Part shown: positions 54,693-64,000 of the stretch, piece by piece
Layout of the letters: every line of letters begins with the position of its first letter
Position numbering within the stretch: the stretch's first letter is position 1
Position numbers and translations under genes: made by a program
Assembly (NCBI GenBank): GCA_000004695.1
Contig: CM000152.2
Span: forward strand, 5,536,001 to 5,600,000
Length of the DNA: 64,000 nt
Reading direction: 5' to 3'
From: Dictyostelium discoideum
Lineage: Eukaryota
The notes under the pieces: model-generated
What the model was told of the DNA's origin: nothing
The model's input: the letters and a program-made list of their open reading frames with translations, nothing else
Databases searched by the model: none

Positions 54693-56144
54693 TTGTTAAT
54701 AAAAAATAATAATAATAATAGGCATATAACAGATACACACTATGATTTTATGTATATTGAAGGAGGTGATGAAGATAAACAATGTAGAGAGGTAACATAC
54801 AAAAGTAAATATGAAAAAGGTGGTGCATCATCAATTGGTAATTATAAATGTGATACATCATTTGAACTATTACAATCATCATTTGAATATATGGTAAAAC
54901 ATGAAGAAAAACCTGATTTTATAATTTGGACTGGTGATGTATGTATCCAACATATCTTTTTTTTTATTATTTTTAAAATTTATATGTTTATTTATTTTAT
55001 TTTTTAAAAAACAACAAATAGGATCCACCACATTTAGGTAATTCACAATTAAATGAAACATTAGTACTTCAATCAATTACAAATATGACAAATTTAATTA
55101 AAGGGTATTTCCCAGATATACCAATATTTCCAAGTATTGGTAATCATGACAGTTATCCTCAACATCAGATTGGAGTTGGACCAAATTGGTTATTTGAAAA
55201 TGTTGCACAATTATGGTCACCATTTCTATCAAATGATTCAATTGAAACTTTTAAATTGGGTGGATACTATACTGAATTGGTTAGTGAAGGATTTAGAATA
55301 ATATCATTGAATACAGTTTTCTATTATAATGAGAATAGACAATGTTTAAATCTAACTGACCCAGCTGGTCAATTATTATGGTTGAATGAAACATTGGCAA
55401 ATGCATCTTTAGCAGGTGAAAGAGTTTGGATCATTGGTCATGTACCACCTGGTTATAATGAGAAATATGATGTTTTCAATTTTCATAAACAATTCAATGA
55501 TGAATATTTATTCTCATTCTCTCAATATTCCGATATAATCGAATTTCATATCTATGGTCATGAACATACTGATACTTTTAGATTATTTTATGATGATCCA
55601 AATGATCATATAAATGATATTGAACCAACTGGTATTATGTTTTTATCACCATCTGTATTGTATTAATTTATTAAATTTATAAATTACTTTATTTTATTAC
55701 TATTTTTTTTACTAATATTTTTTTTTTTATATATCTATTAAAAAAAAAAAAAAAAAGTTAACACCATGGATGAATCAATTTTTACCAGCATTACCAAATA
55801 ATCCAGGATTAAGATTATATGAATATAATATTACATCATTTGCATTATTAGATTATTATCAATTTTGGACAAATTTAACAGATAATATTATTAGTGGAAA
55901 TATTGATTGGCAACTTGAATATCGTGCAACTGAATTCTTTAATACTTTTAATTTATCACCAGTTTCAATGTATGAAGCTTATTTACTAATTCAATCAGTT
56001 ACAAGTCAATTGTTAAAATTTCATTTCTATAATTCTGTATCTTATCCAACTAAAGGTTGTGATGAAATTTGTAAAAAAATTCAATTATGTTCAATTAGAC
56101 ACCCTTTCACTAAAGGTTTTAAGGAATGTTTAGTTGAAATTTAA
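54476..56144 (+). CDS. Acid sphingomyelinase-like phosphodiesterase (ASM/SMPDL3 family calcineurin-like metallophosphoesterase). Four exons: 54476-54579, 54722-54938, 55022-55654, 55758-56144.
   Basis: Signal peptide MKFRNNLTLYLIFIIVFTIYISL. The metal-binding motifs are present: HITDTHYD, IIWTGD, PSIGNHD, RVWIIGHVPPG, and GHEHTD. The C-terminal domain aligns with SMPDL3A (LSPS|LTPWMNQFLPALPNNPGLRLYEYNITSFALLDYYQFWTNLTD vs LGPSVTPVKSVLEKQTNNPGIRLFQYDPRDYKLLDMLQYYLNLTE), and the conserved C-terminal Cys pattern CDEICKKIQLCSI is present. Confidence 0.8.
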
Positions 56145-56465
56145 ATCAATTAATAATTTCTTTTTTTTTTTTAAAAAAAAAAAAAACAACGGGTGTAATA
56201 AAAAAAAAAAAAAAATAAGAAAAAGAATAAAAATAATACAAAATAAAAAAAATGAATAATTTTATTTGTTTAATTCTTACAAACAAACTCCTAATTAAAT
56301 TCCAGCTTTTTTTTTTTTATATCCAACTTTTTTATTTTTAACTTTTTCATTTTCAACTTTTTTTTTTTCAACTTTTTTTTTTTTTTTTTCAACTTTTTTT
56401 TTTTTCAACTTTTTTTTTTTAAAAAAAAAAAATTTATTATTTTAAAACATTAAATTAAAAAAATA

Positions 56466-57048
56466 ATGAAATTATTATATTGTTTATTATTAGTCATTTT
56501 GGCTTTAGTTGGTTTATCATCAGGTGCTAAGCCAAGTGATAAATTACAAATTGGTGTAAAATATCGTCCAGATGAATGCACTGTTAAAACTAAAAGTGGT
56601 GATAAATTAAAGATTCATTATACTGGTACTTTATTAAATGGAGACAAGTAGGTTATCATAGTTTTACATCATTATACATAGATATATATATAATACAAAA
56701 AAAAAAAAAAAAGAATATACTAAAATTTTTAATAACAATATTTAGATTTGATTCATCAGTTGACCGTGGAACACCATTCGAATTCAAAATAGGTGTTGGT
56801 CAAGTAATTAAAGGTTGGGATCAAGGTGTTTTAGGTATGTGTGTAGGTGAAAAGAGAAAATTAATAATCCCAGTAAGTATTTTTTTTTTTTTTTTTTTTT
56901 TTATTTATTATTTTATTTTGAAATAATTTCAATTTTACTAATTCATTAATAATAGCCAAGCCTTGGTTATGGTCAACAAGGAGCAGGTGATAAAATTCCA
57001 GGAAACTCTCATTTAATTTTTGATGTTGAATTAATTGGAATTAATTAA
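56466..57048 (+). CDS. FKBP-type peptidyl-prolyl cis-trans isomerase with signal peptide (FKBP2/FKBP13-like, secretory pathway). Three exons: 56466-56647, 56746-56872, 56956-57048.
   Basis: [21 protein letters not shown] signal peptide, then [33 protein letters not shown]|[42 protein letters not shown]|[30 protein letters not shown], matching the FKBP consensus (HYTG.L.DG..FDSS..R..PF.F.LG.G.VI.GWD.G...M..GE.R.L.IP..L.YG..G....IP.N..L.F.VEL). GTAGGT and GTAAGT donors. Confidence 0.85.
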
Positions 57049-57105
57049 AAGAAACACAGTAATGATTTTTAATAATAAATTGAAAAAAATAAAAAAGAAC
57101 CCAAA

Positions 57106-57142
<37 letters not shown>

Positions 57143-57607
57143 AAAATAACAATTTATCTATTCAATTTTTTCCTTTTTTTTTTCCTCATAAGATTTACCC
57201 AATTTTTTTTTTTTTTTTTTTAATTAAATTGTTCAAATATTTTATTTTGTAATTCTTGGTGATTAAATTATTTGATTTATAATAATCTTTTCATTTGACC
57301 ACTTGGCACCACTTCTACAATTCTTAATTTCTAAATTCTTTTAAAATTTTAATTTTTTTTTTTTTTTTTGGACTTTACAACGAATAAAAAAAAAGCCAAA
57401 GAAAAATAAAATGAAAAAGTCTTTTTTTAGAATTTATTAACTTTTTTTTTTTTAGTTTCAAAGTGATAAAAAAATGAATAATAATAATAAAAATAATATT
57501 AATAATATTATTAAAAATATATAATACTTATATTAATAGTAAATTGTAAAATTATATAATAATTTTAATAATTATTTTATTTTTACAAACACTTGTTGGT
57601 TTGGATG

Positions 57608-57645
<38 letters not shown>

Positions 57646-57705
57646 TCATCCCACTCTTTTTATTATAAAAAATAAAAAAAAAAAAAAAAATGAGGCCAAC
57701 CAAGA

Positions 57706-57756
<51 letters not shown>

Positions 57757-57860
57757 TTTAATTTTTTAATTTTTTAATTTTTTAATTTTAAATTTATCCC
57801 ACTTTTTTTTTTCATTCCACAAGATTCTCTTTATAATATTTTAGTAATACTTTCTCTCAT

Positions 57861-57907
<47 letters not shown>

Positions 57908-57995
57908 GAGAAAGAGTTGCTAAATTTGTAATTATAGGAAAAACAAAAGAATTTTTTTTTTTATATTTGGGAAATTTATTTTTAATTAATTTATT

Positions 57996-58027
<32 letters not shown>

Positions 58028-58029
58028 AT

Positions 58030-58033
<4 letters not shown>

Positions 58034-58096
<63 letters not shown>
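58034..58096. repeat. (CA)n / (GT)n dinucleotide microsatellite (~31 units) ending 43 bp upstream of the RhoGEF ATG
   Basis: Perfect CA run, flanked upstream by (ATTT)n. Confidence 0.9.
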
Positions 58097-58101
<5 letters not shown>

Positions 58102-58138
58102 ATCAAGTTTAGATAAAAAAAAAAAAATAATAAATAAA

Positions 58139-61368
<3,230 letters not shown>

Positions 61369-62460
61369 GAAAAAAAAAAAAAAAAAAAAAAAAGCAATAA
61401 AAAAAAAACAAAAACAAAACAAAACAAATAAAAAAAAAATAATAATAATTCGAATGTTAACTAGTTAATTAGTCAAAAGGTTTAAAATAAAAATAAAAAT
61501 AAAAATAAAAAAATAAAATAAAAATAAAATTTTTTTATTATTAAAAATTATAAGGAGTTGGAATTTAAATTAATAATAATCAATGATTTAATTAATAAGA
61601 TAAATTAATCAAATTAATAAATATAAATTTAAATTCACATTTATTTAAAAAAATAAATATTTTCAATCGAAAATGGACTAGTGATAAATCAAAAAAAAAA
61701 AAAAAAAACTTAACAAAACAAACAAATAAAAAAATTAAAATAAATTAAAAAATTTTAAAAAAAAAAAAAAATATCAACCCATTTTAGGAACTATTATAAA
61801 TATGTATTTAATCATTGATAAAAAAATTAGTGTGGTGTTTTGTTTGATTAGTAATTTTTAAAAAAAAATAAAAAAATAAAAAAAATAAAAAATAAAAACA
61901 ATAAAAAGGTTATGATTACCTTTCTCATATATTCACCATTAAAAAAAATATGATGTTTTTTATAATTCCATTGTTTAAAATACATTTTTATTATCAGATT
62001 GAATTATTTATTGTTTACTATAATTGTCGTCACTTCAAGAAAAAAAAAAAAAACCTTTTAAATATATATATGTGTCTTTTAAAAAATTAAAATATAATAT
62101 ATATATATATATATATATTATTAATTAAATATTATTTTTATTTTTTATTTTTATTTAATTTAATTTAATTTAATTTTTTTTTTTTTTTTTTTAAAACTTA
62201 TAATTTTGTTTCTTTAAATTTTTAGGAATAGTATTTTTTAGTTTTTTTAATTATTTGATATCTTTTTGATTGATTTATCTTTTTTATATTTTATTACCCC
62301 AAAAATTTATAAAAGTTTTTAAATTCTAAAAAGTTATATTAATTTATTTGTATTTATAAAATATAAAAAAAAAAAAAAAAAAAAAATGGTATGTGTTTAA
62401 TTTTTAGTTTTTTTTAACCAGTATTAATATTATTATAATTCATTTTCAAAATTATTATTA

Positions 62461-62609
<149 letters not shown>

Positions 62610-62818
62610 TATGCAGACCTTTTTTTTTTAAAAAAAAAAATTTATTGTAATTGTGAAAAAAAAAAAAAAAAAGTACACAAACTTGTTTTTTTAATTTTAT
62701 TGTTAAATATTTTTTTTTTAAAAAAATAATAAAAGAAATAAAGATAGGTAATTTTGTTTTAACAAATAATAAAAAAAAAAAACAAAACTATATTTTTCAT
62801 TTTTATAATTACCATATT

Positions 62819-62861
<43 letters not shown>

Positions 62862-63116
62862 ATACAAATCTTTGATCCTAAACATTTGAATATAAAATGT
62901 ATTTAGATAGAAATAAAATGTATTTAGATAGAAATAATGTATCATCAATAATGCTATTTTTTATAAAAAAAAAAAACAAATTAACCCATTTACATAAAAA
63001 TGTGGTTTTGTTTTAATTGTATTTAGAAAAAAAAAAAAAAAAAGTGTGAAAATAACAATAAGAATATTTATATTTTTCATTCTTTATTTGGATGTGGAGT
63101 TTTGTTTATATTTTTT

Positions 63117-63190
63117 TATATTTTATTTTATTTTATTTTATTTTGTTTTATTTTATTTTATTTTATTTTATTTTATTTTATTTTATATTT
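63117..63190. repeat. (ATTTT)n pentanucleotide repeat (~15 units)
   Basis: TTTTA/TTTTG units seen directly. Confidence 0.85.
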
Positions 63191-63290
63191 TGTTTTTTTT
63201 TTTTTTTTTTTTTTTTTCATTATTTGTTAAGAAAAAAGATAATTATAAATAATAAAAATAAAAAATTAACAAATTATAATTACTATATAG

Positions 63291-63891
63291 GTAAAATTAT
63301 CCCAACAAGATCTCGAAAATTTTGCCCTATTTGAATCAGTATTAAAACCAGTTAACGATCCTAAACAAAAACCAGAACAATATATATCATCAATTGAAAG
63401 TAGTGGTATGCCAAAAAAAGAAGTAGTAATGAATAAATTTAGATCCTCAACTACATATGAATACGTTATTGAAAATAGTGTAATTATTACTTTATTTTAA
63501 TTATTTTTATTATTTTTATAAAATATTAATATCATATTTGATAATTTAATTTAGCCACCACCAAAAATCTTTGTAAATAATGAAAGTAAAAATGAAAACA
63601 ACAATAATAATGATAATAGTAATAATAACAATAAAAACAATAATAATAATTACTCTACCAATACAAAGCCAAGATCAAAATCATGTCCACCAGCTAAAGA
63701 ATTACCATGTAACAACTGTAAAAGAATGAGTCCAATTGATTTATTGGAACCATGTGAAAGATGTGGAAATGGATGTTATTGTTCAGAAGAGTGTCAGTAT
63801 TAAAATTGGATATCACATCGTAAAAATTGTAAATCAGTTTGTAAGGTTGTGAAAATGTCTAGAAATAATAGTTTTTAATGATTAAAATAAA
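63291..63891 (+). CDS. MYND-type zinc-finger protein. The exons in view are 63291-63486 and 63558-63803, ending at TAA 63801-63803, but the MYND consensus continues in frame to TAA 63889-63891. A possible ATG-only first exon lies at 62386-62388.
   Basis: Exon A is ...QQDLENFALFESVLKPVNDPKQKPEQYISSIESSGMPKKEVVMNKFRSSTTYEYVIENS, followed by a GTAATT donor. Exon B is PPPKIFVNNESKNENNNN...KPRSKSCPPAKELPCNNCKRMSPIDLLEPCERCGNGCYCSEECQY*NWISHRKNCKSVCK. This fits the MYND consensus C-x2-C-x(7-9)-C-x2-C-x5-YCS-x2-CQ-x3-W-x2-H-x3-C, except that the middle of the three Q-to-W spacer residues is an in-frame TAA. Confidence 0.4.
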
Positions 63892-64000
63892 AAGTAATAT
63901 TTGAAAAGTCTATTTATTTATTAAAAAATCTTTGTGGATCTTAATTTTTTATTATTTTTGTCAAGATATTTTTTTTTTTTTTAACAAATTTTTTTTTCTT

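Overview
This 64-kb window is AT-rich eukaryotic nuclear DNA with every hallmark of Dictyostelium discoideum: short GT-AG introns (GTAAGT/GTATGT donors, T-rich tracts before AG), ATG-only mini first exons, (AAT)n/(CAA)n tracts encoding poly-Asn/poly-Gln inside genes, and long homopolymer-filled intergenic DNA. It is not a prokaryotic island: there is no operon-like structure, and I found no CRISPR array, rRNA or tRNA. I reconstructed about 25 protein-coding genes by translating the ORF track and joining exons at GT..AG boundaries. Coordinates of internal exon boundaries are hand-derived and may be off by a few nucleotides. In order, the genes are: a KIF-binding-protein (KIFBP) homolog; a tandem pair of Dictyostelium-specific Asn-rich paralogs, one with a disrupted frame and a gene-conversion tract; a PH-PH-FHA protein; EMC7; an EHD-family ATPase; RFC5; a WAC-DDT-WSD chromatin-remodelling accessory protein (ACF1/BAZ1/Itc1-like); a carnosine N-methyltransferase-like (N2227) methyltransferase; an SPATA5L1/AFG2B-like double-AAA ATPase; SNU13; a formin; a RapGAP; tupA (Tup1 corepressor); an FNIP-repeat protein; a signal-peptide-bearing Fcy1-type cytosine deaminase fused to a Thr/Pro linker and a C-terminal CBM-like domain; two tandem profilin-like genes; an ECH1-like dienoyl-CoA isomerase; a CARMIL-like LRR protein; an acid-sphingomyelinase-like phosphodiesterase; a secretory FKBP; an FGD-type RhoGEF (DH-PH-FYVE); and a MYND zinc-finger gene whose conserved finger is interrupted by an in-frame TAA. 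No novel multi-gene system is evident. The most unusual items are the secreted cytosine deaminase-CBM fusion, the gene-conversion tract ending at a frame disruption in the tandem paralogs, the MYND in-frame stop, a 49-bp inverted repeat with C/D-box-like motifs, and G-rich/(CA)n candidate GBF elements in promoters.
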